NCBI GenBank assembly: GCA_049975265.1
Contig: JBNGDF010000010.1
Location: 1-44,879 of the forward strand
Direction: 5' to 3'
Length of the DNA stretch: 44,879 nt
Source: Fidelibacterota bacterium
GTDB lineage: Bacteria; Fidelibacterota; UBA2242
Part shown: positions 29,698 through 41,484 of the stretch, piece after piece
Layout of the letters: the number at the start of each line of letters is the position of its first letter
Position numbering within the stretch: position 1 is the stretch's first letter
Made by a program: the position numbers and the translations under genes
The notes under the pieces: model-generated
What the model saw: the letters and a program-made list of their open reading frames with translations, nothing else
What the model was told of the DNA's origin: nothing
Database searches by the model: none

Positions 29698-31158
29698 TTA
29701 CTCTTCCACACGATAATTGTAGTTTTCATTTTTCTTGAAGCATGTTACATTGCCGGCTTCATCCATTTCAAAGACTACTTTCGGACCATGTCCTTTCTTA
29801 TCGGCAATCCGGAAAGTATGCACCCCGATGGGTGTCAGCTCCGACAGATTGTATTTTGGATTATCTTCCGGCGGATAATCGTAGGTATAGATCATCAACT
29901 TACCGTCGAGAATCATTACATCGGAATCCCAGTGCCAGGGATCACGGTATTTGCCCACATATTTCTGCCAGAGAGGGTCGGGCAACGGTTTAGCTTCGGT
30001 TACCTCTTCTTCAGTCCGATAGGCTTCTACGAGTGCCGGCGAAATCAACTCAAACGCCTTATGAATATAGTCCGCCGGAGCAGCATCATCGGCATTGAAC
30101 ATGATGATAAAGGCGGTTTTTTCCTCAGGGCAAAACGATATCTGGGTACGGTAACCTGCCACCCAGCCGGCATGACCTATAATTGTCCGATTATCAATTT
30201 TACGTACACCCCAGCCCAGTCCCCAGCCGCTCTCCCAATCCGGCTGAAGCCAATGCACACGCTGCATTTCTCGCAGCGTCGCGGATTTTAGCAGCTGAGT
30301 CCCATCGGCGGCTTTTCCATGGAACTGAAAGGATGCCCATTTGGCTAAGTCTACAACCGTAGAAGACATATTCGCTGCCGGCGTCAGCCCTTTCGAATCT
30401 GTAAAAGGCATTAATTCACGGCTTCCATCGGGCAAATGGCGTCCGTATGCCGTTGCCAGATTTTTCATTATTTTCTTATTCTTTGAAATATCCACGCAGG
30501 TGTTATGCATATTCAGCGGTATTAATATATTGTTTTCAATATATTTGTCATAGAATTGCCCACTTACATTTTCAATAATAAATCCCAGAAGGGTCATGGC
30601 TAAATTCGAATAGTGCCATTTTGTCCCTGTTGGATAGAGCATCTCCTGTTTAGGCAGCGCTGCGATAATCTTTTCCTTTGTTGGAAATTTGTGATCGGTC
30701 CAGTATGGAAAAGCGGCTTCTCCGGGCAATCCTGAAGTATGTGTAAGCAGATGCCAGACTGTTATTTCCGGCTCACTCTCAAATTCTGATTGAATCTCAA
30801 ACCATGGCAGATGTTCTCGAACGGGATCGTCCAGACGTATTTTCTCATCATCCCGGAGTTGCATGATTGCCGTACTGGTGAAGGTTTTGGTAATGGAAGC
30901 AATTCTGTAAACTGTGATAGCAGTGGCAGGTATCTTTTCTTTCAAGTTGGAGTAACCGTACCCGTTGCCATATACCAACTCCCGATCATAAACAACAGCA
31001 AAGGAACAGCCCGGAATCCCCTGATATTCCATTTTTGCTTTAAGCCACGTTTCGAATAATAAAATAGAAGATTTTAAGGACTCATCTTCGGGCAGGGTTT
31101 TGGAAAACAACATTCGGACCACCAAAGTCAGCAGCAAAAGTATCAGTCTTTTTTGCAT
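29698..31158 (-). CDS. Exported serine hydrolase, beta-lactamase/AmpC family
   Basis: IASITK (SxxK), LLTHTSGL, YSN, GHAG; signal peptide. Confidence 0.9.
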   Translation of the reverse strand: MQKRLILLLLTLVVRMLFSKTLPEDESLKSSILLFETWLKAKMEYQGIPGCSFAVVYDRELVYGNGYGYSNLKEKIPATAITVYRIASITKTFTSTAIMQLRDDEKIRLDDPVREHLPWFEIQSEFESEPEITVWHLLTHTSGLPGEAAFPYWTDHKFPTKEKIIAALPKQEMLYPTGTKWHYSNLAMTLLGFIIENVSGQFYDKYIENNILIPLNMHNTCVDISKNKKIMKNLATAYGRHLPDGSRELMPFTDSKGLTPAANMSSTVVDLAKWASFQFHGKAADGTQLLKSATLREMQRVHWLQPDWESGWGLGWGVRKIDNRTIIGHAGWVAGYRTQISFCPEEKTAFIIMFNADDAAPADYIHKAFELISPALVEAYRTEEEVTEAKPLPDPLWQKYVGKYRDPWHWDSDVMILDGKLMIYTYDYPPEDNPKYNLSELTPIGVHTFRIADKKGHGPKVVFEMDEAGNVTCFKKNENYNYRVEE

Positions 31159-31235
31159 GTGAATTCCTTTCATTCCATGGTCATATTATTTACCTGAAAA
31201 ATAGGAGATTTAAGAGCTTTTATCAATATTTTTAA

Positions 31236-31264
31236 TTGATAAAAAAATGAAACCAATGTATATT
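31236..31264 (+). promoter_or_regulatory. Putative sigma-70 promoter of tRNA-Arg
   Basis: TTGATA-17 nt-TATATT, about 20 nt upstream of the tRNA. Confidence 0.55.
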
Positions 31265-31285
31265 AACCCGCTTTTTAAAAGCGAT

Positions 31286-31362
31286 GCGCCCATAGCCCAA
31301 TTGGATAGAGCGTCTGGCTACGGACCAGAAGGTTGGGGGTTCGAGTCCTCCTGGGCGTACCA
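31286..31362 (+). tRNA. tRNA-Arg (ACG)
   Basis: Cloverleaf; anticodon arm TCTGG-CTACGGA-CCAGA; GTTCGAGTC; encoded CCA. Confidence 0.97.
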
Positions 31363-31368
31363 ATCAAT

Positions 31369-31395
31369 ACTCCGCAAAATGCGGAGTTTTTTTTA
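31369..31395 (+). terminator. Terminator after tRNA-Arg
   Basis: ACTCCGCA-AAA-TGCGGAGT hairpin followed by a T run. Confidence 0.85.
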
Positions 31396-31411
31396 TTGAA
31401 TGTCAGGCTGA

Positions 31412-31850
<439 letters not shown>

Positions 31851-31853
31851 GTT

Positions 31854-31931
31854 TGGTCGGGGTGAGAGGATTTGAACCTCCGACCTCTTCGTCCCGAACG
31901 AAGCGCGCTAACCGGACTGCGCTACACCCCG
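31854..31931 (-). tRNA. tRNA-Pro (CGG)
   Basis: CGGGGTG acceptor, anticodon arm CTTCG-TTCGGGA-CGAAG, GGTTCAAATCC, encoded CCA. Confidence 0.97.
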
Positions 31932-32099
31932 AAAAAATATCTACTTTTAAAAGAACCGTTACAATTAATGCCTGAAAAAGCCTCCGCCCTTCCCGACCCG
32001 TCGGGACGCGATAACCGAATCCCGATCTATTATGATATTCTCTCTTTATAAAAAACTTTTAAATTTAGAATATGAAAGGATTTTTACAAAATAAATTTC

Positions 32100-32576
32100 T
32101 CAGATCTCTTTTATGAACAGGTGCGATAACCCGGAACCTGTCAAGCAGATAGCAGTAACCAGTATCCCGGCAATAATCACCCCAATTATGTTTGCAATCA
32201 TGAATTTTTTAAAATTCAGACCAATAAGAAAGGAGGCTACTGCCCCAGTATAGACTCCCGAACCCGGCAGCGGAATTCCGATAAAAACCGCCACCGCCCA
32301 TTCACCATACTTTTCCACCCCCCGGGAAATGCGATCCTGAGTACGTTCAATATATCTGTTCCATAATACCTCTACAGGTCTAAAAAAGCACATTAACCGG
32401 ATGATCCATTCCAGAAATACATAGATGATAATCCCAATAATAATGTTGGCTATTACGCATATGGTGAATACGGAAAGCCAGTGAAATTCCGTACCGAAAA
32501 TCCCGTAGGGAATCGAAGCTCTTAATTCCAGTGTGGGAATAAATGTAATTGCAACCATTTTTAAAATATCTGTCAT
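32100..32576 (-). CDS. COG2426 / putative small multidrug export family membrane protein
   Basis: P..ELRASIPYG and FIGIPLPGSGVYTG motifs. Confidence 0.85.
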   Translation of the reverse strand: MTDILKMVAITFIPTLELRASIPYGIFGTEFHWLSVFTICVIANIIIGIIIYVFLEWIIRLMCFFRPVEVLWNRYIERTQDRISRGVEKYGEWAVAVFIGIPLPGSGVYTGAVASFLIGLNFKKFMIANIIGVIIAGILVTAICLTGSGLSHLFIKEI

Positions 32577-32591
32577 CTGCTACTCCAAATT

Positions 32592-33290
32592 CTAAAACCA
32601 TCCGTAACTGGTTAAAAACATTCTAATAAAACCAAAAGTATCGCAAATATTACTAATGGAGGAAAAGCTGGATCGGTGATAAATTGTGGGTACCGCCAGT
32701 TCATAATAGGCAGAGCCGGTATAAATACTTTTCACTAAAAATTCACTTTCAAACTGAAATCCCTGGTAACGGCATTGGTCAAAAGCGGGAATTGTCAGGT
32801 CGACCAATCGGTAGCCGCACTGACTGTCATGAATCCGCTTACCAACCCGTATTGAGATTAAAAATGAGGTAATACTATTTGACAATATTCTATGAAACGG
32901 CATACCGGTTTTATAAAACGATCTGACCCCTAAAACCATATCGGTGCGGTTCATCTCTCTACACTCAATAAATTCATGAATCAGGGCGGGATCGTGCTGC
33001 ATATCTGCATCCAAAAAAAGCCCGTATTGAAACCCTTTTTGTCTGGCACATCGAACACCGGATTTGATGGCGGCACCTTTCCCCTTATTCATCGGGTGTG
33101 TATCAATAAACATTGATTGTTCTGCTTCTATACTCGAAATTGCGCCATCTGTTGAACCATCATCAATCACAATTATCTGGATATATCGATCCACTGCCCG
33201 GATAGCGTTAATCACTCTCAGTATATTTTTACCGGGATTGTATGCCGGGATAATAACGCAGTATTTTTTATAATCTATGACTTCCTTCAT
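32592..33290 (-). CDS. GT2 glycosyltransferase (DPM1-like)
   Basis: IIPAYN, DDGSTD, NKGKGAAI, DADMQH, DSQCGYR. Confidence 0.9.
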   Translation of the reverse strand: MKEVIDYKKYCVIIPAYNPGKNILRVINAIRAVDRYIQIIVIDDGSTDGAISSIEAEQSMFIDTHPMNKGKGAAIKSGVRCARQKGFQYGLFLDADMQHDPALIHEFIECREMNRTDMVLGVRSFYKTGMPFHRILSNSITSFLISIRVGKRIHDSQCGYRLVDLTIPAFDQCRYQGFQFESEFLVKSIYTGSAYYELAVPTIYHRSSFSSISNICDTFGFIRMFLTSYGWF

Positions 33291-33475
33291 CGGACTGAAA
33301 GTTAGATTTATTTTATTTTTATATCAACCAGAGTTTTTGTATACCTTTGATTTATGCGCCTTATATTTTTCATGCCTTCATGCCCCTGTCAGATTCGAAG
33401 AAGCATTTATTGCCTTAATGTCATAATAGGGAGATATTCTCAAACGTTATATGACGAAATGTCTGTAGATGCAAC

Positions 33476-33491
33476 TGGCATAGCCTTTGTA
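33476..33491 (+). promoter_or_regulatory. Putative sigma-54-type -24/-12 promoter for groESL
   Basis: TGGCATAGCCTTTGTA versus consensus TGGCAC-N5-TTGC; the -12 element is GT rather than GC. Confidence 0.45.
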
Positions 33492-33587
33492 AGAGACCCA
33501 GTGTTTTTTCAAGTGTGTGACTGAATAGATCAAGCAAGAACTACGATAGCCAATATTAAAAATTCAAAACTGAAAGGAGAATTTGAT

Positions 33588-35521
<1,934 letters not shown>

Positions 35522-35543
35522 TCCGTAATTAATTATCAATAAG

Positions 35544-35578
35544 AAAAGGGCTATTTCTGAAAAGAAGTAGCCCTTTTT
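35544..35578. terminator. Bidirectional terminator between groEL and tRNA-Arg
   Basis: AAAAGGGCTATTTCT-GAAA-AGAAGTAGCCCTTTTT. Confidence 0.85.
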
Positions 35579-35611
35579 CATCAGCAAATTCTCAAGGCGA
35601 AATGTTTTTTG

Positions 35612-35683
35612 TACCCCCAACAGGACTCGAACCTGTGCTTCCGGCTCCGGAGGCCGGCGCTCTATCCGCTGAGCTATGGGGGC
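35612..35683 (-). tRNA. tRNA-Arg (CCG)
   Basis: GCCCCCA/TGGGGGT acceptor, anticodon arm CCGGC-CTCCGGA-GCCGG, GGTTCGAGTCC; CCA not encoded. Confidence 0.95.
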
Positions 35684-35835
35684 GTCAATGAACTGGCTAA
35701 AATTACACCTTTCCTGACTAAGTCACAAAAACTTTATGAAACTTTTTCAATTCCAGTCAGTAGTGCATAATGTGCTATGAATTCTGAACAGATATTTCTA
35801 TCTTACGACGTTTTAATAAACCCTGAGGAGTGATC

Positions 35836-36852
35836 ATGAAGAAAATTGCCATTTTGATGCTGGGACTCCTGATTATAGTGACGTCCTGCAGCAAGAAAGA
35901 ACCCAGCGTGTCCCTGGAAAAAGGCACCCCGGCATATGAGCTTGCCAAATCGCTGTCAGAAAAAGTACCCTATTATAATCCGGATCAGAATAATGTTTTA
36001 ATCTCCACCAAATACTTCGATATCACAACCGGCGATATAATCGATATCATGCAAACCAACTTCGGCAAACGCGCCCAACAGCTGACCAATTTTGAGGCCG
36101 ATCGGATTAAAACCATCATCGACCAGAATGCCCTGCAAATGGCTGAGGTCAAGCTGCTCCTGAATGAAGCCAAAGCAAATAACATTCAGGTGACCGATGC
36201 AGAAATCGACAGCGTCATAGATGCCCGCTACATCCGCGGCGGCTCCCGCGAACAGTTTATGTCCTGGCTGGAAAACAATAACATCGAATTCGAAGCCGTT
36301 CGCAGCGACACCCGTGATGGGATCATGATTGAAAAATATATCGAAACAGTTCTCGCCAGTGAAATTAACGTCTCTGACGAAGAACTGGCTGATATCTATC
36401 AGCAAGACAAATACGCCACTGTTCGTCATATTCTGCTGAAAACCCAGGGACTCGACGATTCCATGAAAGTTAAAAAATACAAAGAGATGGAAGCGATTTT
36501 GGAACGGGCTGAAGCCGGCGAGGATTTTGCCGAACTAGCCAGGCAGTACTCCGAAGACCCCGGCTCTGCCAAAAACGGTGGTCTTTATGAAAATTTTACC
36601 CGCGGGCGGATGGTTAAACCCTTTGAAGATGCCTCCTTTAATGTGCCAATCGGGGAAATCAGCGATATTGTCGAAACCAGCTACGGATACCACATTATTA
36701 AAGTCCTCGAACGCAAACCGGAAGAACAACCTTTCGAGGAGGTCAGGGATAAAATGAGAGCCGAACTGGAAGAGCAGAAACGCAATAACGTTTATGACGA
36801 ACACCTGGAAACGCATAAAAAGAAAGCCAAATTTAAGATTATCGAATATTAA
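35836..36852 (+). CDS. PrsA/SurA-like parvulin peptidyl-prolyl isomerase lipoprotein
   Basis: Lipobox VTSC; VRHIL, GEDFAELARQYSEDPGS..NGG, MVKPFEDA.F, YGYHII. Confidence 0.92.
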   Translation: MKKIAILMLGLLIIVTSCSKKEPSVSLEKGTPAYELAKSLSEKVPYYNPDQNNVLISTKYFDITTGDIIDIMQTNFGKRAQQLTNFEADRIKTIIDQNALQMAEVKLLLNEAKANNIQVTDAEIDSVIDARYIRGGSREQFMSWLENNNIEFEAVRSDTRDGIMIEKYIETVLASEINVSDEELADIYQQDKYATVRHILLKTQGLDDSMKVKKYKEMEAILERAEAGEDFAELARQYSEDPGSAKNGGLYENFTRGRMVKPFEDASFNVPIGEISDIVETSYGYHIIKVLERKPEEQPFEEVRDKMRAELEEQKRNNVYDEHLETHKKKAKFKIIEY

Positions 36853-36871
36853 CAAGTCTCAGTACTTTAAT

Positions 36872-36904
36872 AAAAACGTCCGGATCTTGCCGGACGTTTT
36901 TTTA
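36872..36904. terminator. Bidirectional terminator between convergent genes
   Basis: AAAAACGTCCGG-ATCTTG-CCGGACGTTTTT. Confidence 0.85.
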
Positions 36905-37915
36905 TTAATTCCCTCTTCCTGACCGCACGAAATCAGCCCACCCCGGTGATTGGATGAGTTTACCATCAGAGCGGACAATCAGCACCTCCGTGGAAGGCAT
37001 TTTTTGAACTATTTTCAATCCCTTTTGCGGCCCCGCAACGAATATCCCGGTCGCCAGGGCATCGGCTTTTTCGGTTGTGGATGCTATTACCGTGACCGAC
37101 TGACAAGAGTCCGCCGGATAACCGGTTTTCGGATTGAGAATATGATGATAGCGTTTTCCATCGATCATAAAAAACTTCTGATAATCCCCCGAAGTCACCA
37201 CGGCACCACTGTCCAGCTCGACAATCATCAACAATTCATTGGGATTCCGCGGATTCTGGATGCCAACCCGCCATTTTTTCTTATCTCCTCTGGGCAAGAC
37301 CCGTAAATCACCACCCGCATTGACCAGCGCTCCCTTAACCGATTGGCGGGCAAGGATTTCCATCGCCCGGTCGACAGCATAGCCTTTGGCAATCCCGCCG
37401 GTGGTGAGTTCTGTCTCCGGCGATTGGGCAATCAATAGTTGCCTCCCATGATCCACGGAAAGCCTGCGATAATCGACACAAGACAGCGCCGCTTTGATCT
37501 GATCTTCCGTCGGCAACTGTGGTCTTTCTGCCTTGAAATCCCACAATTCCAGCAACGCTCCCACCGTCATATCAAAACCACCGTCAGTGATTTCCGAAAT
37601 CTCCAATCCACGTTGAATCAGGTCCAATACCTCAGGCGGCATCTCCACCCGATCACCCTTTCGCTGATTAAACCGGTAAAATGGGCTCTCCGGATTGCCT
37701 TCATAAAAGAGCGTACCGATCCGTTCGATTTCCGCCATAGCGGCGTCAATAGCAGCGTCAGCATGCGATTCAGAATCAGCCAGCACGGTAATCTCAATAA
37801 CAGTGCCGAGGGCAAAATGAGTCGATTTATAAGATGTGAGTGTTGCTTCTGAATTACACCCCATCAGGGCAAGCATTACAGAAAGCAGAACGATCGCTGA
37901 TATCCCTTTTTGCAC
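36905..37915 (-). CDS. apbE: FAD:protein FMN transferase ApbE (lipoprotein)
   Basis: TDGGFDMTVG, GGIAKGYAVD, NAGGD, TSGDY, HHILNPKTG, ADALAT; lipobox LMGC. Confidence 0.93.
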   Translation of the reverse strand: MQKGISAIVLLSVMLALMGCNSEATLTSYKSTHFALGTVIEITVLADSESHADAAIDAAMAEIERIGTLFYEGNPESPFYRFNQRKGDRVEMPPEVLDLIQRGLEISEITDGGFDMTVGALLELWDFKAERPQLPTEDQIKAALSCVDYRRLSVDHGRQLLIAQSPETELTTGGIAKGYAVDRAMEILARQSVKGALVNAGGDLRVLPRGDKKKWRVGIQNPRNPNELLMIVELDSGAVVTSGDYQKFFMIDGKRYHHILNPKTGYPADSCQSVTVIASTTEKADALATGIFVAGPQKGLKIVQKMPSTEVLIVRSDGKLIQSPGWADFVRSGRGN

Positions 37916-37932
37916 GGCATTAATCCTGACGA

Positions 37933-38376
37933 TTATTCTTTACATACTGACCGCATACGAAACACCGCAAAATCGGTCAGCGCTTTCCTGTTTGCCCAGC
38001 GGCGGGTCCCCAAACCGGCAAGCAATACGAAACATAACGCCACCAGAAATTGCCAGACCTCCTTGGGAATTCCCAGGAGAGACGCTTTTATAATCGACCC
38101 CGAAATGAGAATACCCAGAATAAATGCCAGCAGCGGCAAACCATATTGCATGCAAGCCAGTTGCAGCTGCTGTTTGTCCGATTGTTCGATAAAAATCCGG
38201 TCGCCTGGCTGGGCATTCAATCTGTTTTTTAATTTGATAATCCGTTTCCCCGATTCAGCAGGACGGCAGATTAGGCGGGCACCGCAATTGTGACAATGTT
38301 CGTTTTCCGAAAGTTCGACAGTAGCCACATCGCCTTCGAGATCAATCACAACACCCGTTTCAAATTCATCGTTCAT
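37933..38376 (-). CDS. rseC: RseC/MucC family protein
   Basis: E.G.V, CHNCGARLIC, GD.I, YGLPL and two TM helices; follows rnfB. Confidence 0.85.
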   Translation of the reverse strand: MNDEFETGVVIDLEGDVATVELSENEHCHNCGARLICRPAESGKRIIKLKNRLNAQPGDRIFIEQSDKQQLQLACMQYGLPLLAFILGILISGSIIKASLLGIPKEVWQFLVALCFVLLAGLGTRRWANRKALTDFAVFRMRSVCKE

Positions 38377-39195
38377 CTATTTCTCATCGGCGTGCCCGAC
38401 AATCACAATGCATTTCGTCGGGCATTTCTCCGTTGGTAAGACCAATTCCTTGGTGTACTTTTTATGATCGACTATAGCCAGATTATCGGTAACTTTAAAA
38501 CCGACACCGTCCACCGCTTTCTCACAAATTTTACAGCCAATACAGGCAGCGCTGCAGACCGCCCGGGCATTTTTACCGCTGTCCTTATTGCGGCACAATA
38601 CAAATACGTGATGGCTAATCAGATGAAGTTCAATCACGCCCCGCGGGCAGGCTTCAACGCATTTTCCGCAGCCGGTACACCTCTCCCTGTCTACGACGGG
38701 AATTCGCTTCTCGTTCATATGAATGGCATCAAAAGAGCATACCGCAACGCAGTCGCCATAACCGATACATCCGTAGCTGCAGGCTCTCTCACCGCCCCCT
38801 GCAAAAGTTGCCGCAATACAGGATTGGATACCTTCGTATCTGGCTTTTTGCTTGACGGTACCATCGCCTCCCTGACACATCACGACGGCGACTTTCCGTT
38901 CGCCGGACTCCACCTCGATTCCCAGGATCCGGGCAATCTTTTCGGCTGCTTCCGGACCGCATACCGGACAGCTGCTGAGCTGCGATTTTCCACCTACCAG
39001 ATTTTCGGCAAAATTGGCACAGCCGGCATAGCCGCAGCTGCCGCAGTTGGCTCCAGGCAACAACTCGCAAACCTGCTCAACCCGGGGGTCCTCTTCGACA
39101 TGAAGTTTCTTATTTGCCAATGTAATTAAAACCGCGAAAAAAAGTCCCAATCCACCCATACTCAGAACTGCGTATATCAGAGAACTGTCAATCAT
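38377..39195 (-). CDS. rnfB: Rnf complex subunit B
   Basis: LPGANCGSCGYAGC, CSYGCIGYGDCVAVC, CTGCGKCVEACP. Confidence 0.93.
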   Translation of the reverse strand: MIDSSLIYAVLSMGGLGLFFAVLITLANKKLHVEEDPRVEQVCELLPGANCGSCGYAGCANFAENLVGGKSQLSSCPVCGPEAAEKIARILGIEVESGERKVAVVMCQGGDGTVKQKARYEGIQSCIAATFAGGGERACSYGCIGYGDCVAVCSFDAIHMNEKRIPVVDRERCTGCGKCVEACPRGVIELHLISHHVFVLCRNKDSGKNARAVCSAACIGCKICEKAVDGVGFKVTDNLAIVDHKKYTKELVLPTEKCPTKCIVIVGHADEK

Positions 39196-39209
39196 TCAAT
39201 CTACTCCTG

Positions 39210-39785
39210 TTATATCAATCCGGAAAAACCCATAAACGCCAGCGCCAGGCAACCGGCGATTATCATGGTAATCGGTGCTCCTTTAAAATATTCGGGCACA
39301 TCAGCCAGCTCCAGCTCCTCCCGAATCCCCGCCATGATGACAATTGCCAATGTAAATCCCACTCCGGCGCTGAATCCGAAAATAATACTCTCAACAAAAT
39401 TGTATTCATTCAATACCAAAAAAAGCGCCACCCCGAGAATCGCACAATTGGTGGTGATCAGCGGCAGAAAAATACCCAGAGCATCGTACAGCGGCTTGCT
39501 GACCTTTTTGATGAACATTTCCACCAACTGTACCAGTGAGGCAATGACCAGAATAAACGATACTGTCTGTAAAAATTGCAGATTCAAACCTTCCAGAATG
39601 TAGCGGTTGATCAGCCAAGCAACGGCAGCGGTGAGGGTCATTACGAATGTCGTTGCCATACCCATGCTAACCGCCGGTCCCAGTCTCTTGGATACGCCGA
39701 CAAAGGGACAGATACCTAAAAAATTGACGAGAACATAATTATTGACGATCACCGCCGACAGAAATATGATAAACAGATTCGTCAT
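39210..39785 (-). CDS. rnfA: Rnf complex subunit A
   Basis: NNYVL..FLGICPF.GVS, LPLITTNCAILG. Confidence 0.95.
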   Translation of the reverse strand: MTNLFIIFLSAVIVNNYVLVNFLGICPFVGVSKRLGPAVSMGMATTFVMTLTAAVAWLINRYILEGLNLQFLQTVSFILVIASLVQLVEMFIKKVSKPLYDALGIFLPLITTNCAILGVALFLVLNEYNFVESIIFGFSAGVGFTLAIVIMAGIREELELADVPEYFKGAPITMIIAGCLALAFMGFSGLI

Positions 39786-40393
39786 TATTTCGCCCTCCTC
39801 GCATTGATCCAGTTTCCAATCCCGATCAGCAGCCCCAATGTCAGAAACGCACCCGGCTGCAGAACCATAACCATCCAGGGTTCGAAGTTTTCTGGCATGA
39901 TCTGGACAGCGAATATGGTACCGACACCCAGCAGCTCCCGAATCGAACCCAGAACCGTCAATGTGATGGTGAAACCGATACTCATTCCCAGTGCATCAAC
40001 TACTGAACGTCCCACCGGATTTTTCGAAGAAAAAGCCTCCTGGCGACCGAGGATGATACAATTGACCACAATCAACGGCACAAAGGGTCCCAGGGCTTTG
40101 CTGATATCGGGGAAATAGGCTGCCAGCATTTTATCCGCAATCGTTACAAAAGTAGCGATAACAATGATAAATGTGGGAATGCGCACCTCTTTGGGAATGA
40201 TATGGCGCGCCAGTGAAATGATGGTGCTTGACATTACCAGTGTGAAAATCACCGCCAACCCCATTGAGAAGCCGTTAATTGCTGAATTGGTTACTGCCAA
40301 CGTCGGGCAGAGCCCCAGCAGCATCCGCAGCACCGGATTCTCATCCCAGAGCCCTTTTAAAAATTCCCCGGCATAACTCTTTTTCGTTGCCAT
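39785..40393 (-). CDS. rnfE: Rnf complex subunit E
   Basis: ENP....LGLCPTLAVT, PLIVVNCIILGR, PGAF. Confidence 0.95.
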   Translation of the reverse strand: MATKKSYAGEFLKGLWDENPVLRMLLGLCPTLAVTNSAINGFSMGLAVIFTLVMSSTIISLARHIIPKEVRIPTFIIVIATFVTIADKMLAAYFPDISKALGPFVPLIVVNCIILGRQEAFSSKNPVGRSVVDALGMSIGFTITLTVLGSIRELLGVGTIFAVQIMPENFEPWMVMVLQPGAFLTLGLLIGIGNWINARRAK

Positions 40394-40395
40394 AA

Positions 40396-41484
40396 TTAAT
40401 TCACCTTCTGATTTAGATATGCATCACGGTACTCTTTGAGTGCGTCATTCAAAATCCGGATAATCGCTTCCGAACTGACCGTCGCCCCCGAAATCGTCTG
40501 TACCGTCCCCTCCTGCCGATTGACGTTCGTGCCGATTCGGACCACTCCGTCCGCAACCGCCAAATCTCGAAACTGTTTCAGAAACCACCCGGCATCCGTT
40601 CGGGTTGTATCATCAATAATTCGGGTACCCCACCCCGGTGTTTCGTTTTGCTCAAGGATTTCGATACGTTTAATCCGGTTGAAACCGGGATTCATGCAAA
40701 CCAATATCCTGATTCTACTCTGAAACCCCTCACCACTGGCAACAAACGCCACCTCGGAAACAGCATCGTTCGAATCATTTTTTAGTAGAAAAATCTTATT
40801 GTCAATCGTCGTCACTTCAGCACCCGGGAATAACAATTCCGGATTAAAATTTTCAGCCTTAATCGTTTCGCCATCCTCACAGTCAGCAATCTCAGGATCG
40901 GTTTGGGAACTCAATACCTTTCGGGTGTTTTGAATGCTTGCGTTAATGATATCAATAACCGCTTTCGACGAGATAGTGGCACCGGTGATCGCCATGATTT
41001 CACCCTCCGATTTATCCGGCTTCTGGTTTTTGATGTAGGTCAGCGGTTTCCGGGCATTCAGCCTGTCAAATTGAGCGGCGAACCATTGCGGATTTGTTTT
41101 ATTGCCGGGATCGGTATCGATTTTGGTCCCCAACCCCGGCGTTTCCTTTTGTTCGAGGATTTGAATCTTTGTAATCGTGGTCAAAGCAGGGTCCATTCCC
41201 ACCAGAATCCGTAATTTGCTTTGAAATCCGTTGCCTTCCGCCAAAAAGGCTACACCCCGGAGTTGCTGCTGTTCATCATACCCAAAGTAATATTGGCGAT
41301 TACCAAATGTCTTCGCTTCGATCTGTACACCATTAGGTAATACACTGCTGAGAGCGTCGTTTAAAACCTGTTTTTGATGGGCTTCGATCAGCGGTAATGT
41401 GTGAATATTCAGAAACGACAGCAGCAATCCGGAAAGGATAGCCGTTGCCGTCAACACTATAATGAGTCGATTGGATTTGGTCAT
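40396..41484 (-). CDS. rnfG: Rnf complex subunit G with two tandem FMN-binding domains
   Basis: TM anchor; GF.S..RILV...ETPG.G...(T/S)GAT.SS occurs twice. Confidence 0.88.
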   Translation of the reverse strand: MTKSNRLIIVLTATAILSGLLLSFLNIHTLPLIEAHQKQVLNDALSSVLPNGVQIEAKTFGNRQYYFGYDEQQQLRGVAFLAEGNGFQSKLRILVGMDPALTTITKIQILEQKETPGLGTKIDTDPGNKTNPQWFAAQFDRLNARKPLTYIKNQKPDKSEGEIMAITGATISSKAVIDIINASIQNTRKVLSSQTDPEIADCEDGETIKAENFNPELLFPGAEVTTIDNKIFLLKNDSNDAVSEVAFVASGEGFQSRIRILVCMNPGFNRIKRIEILEQNETPGWGTRIIDDTTRTDAGWFLKQFRDLAVADGVVRIGTNVNRQEGTVQTISGATVSSEAIIRILNDALKEYRDAYLNQKVN

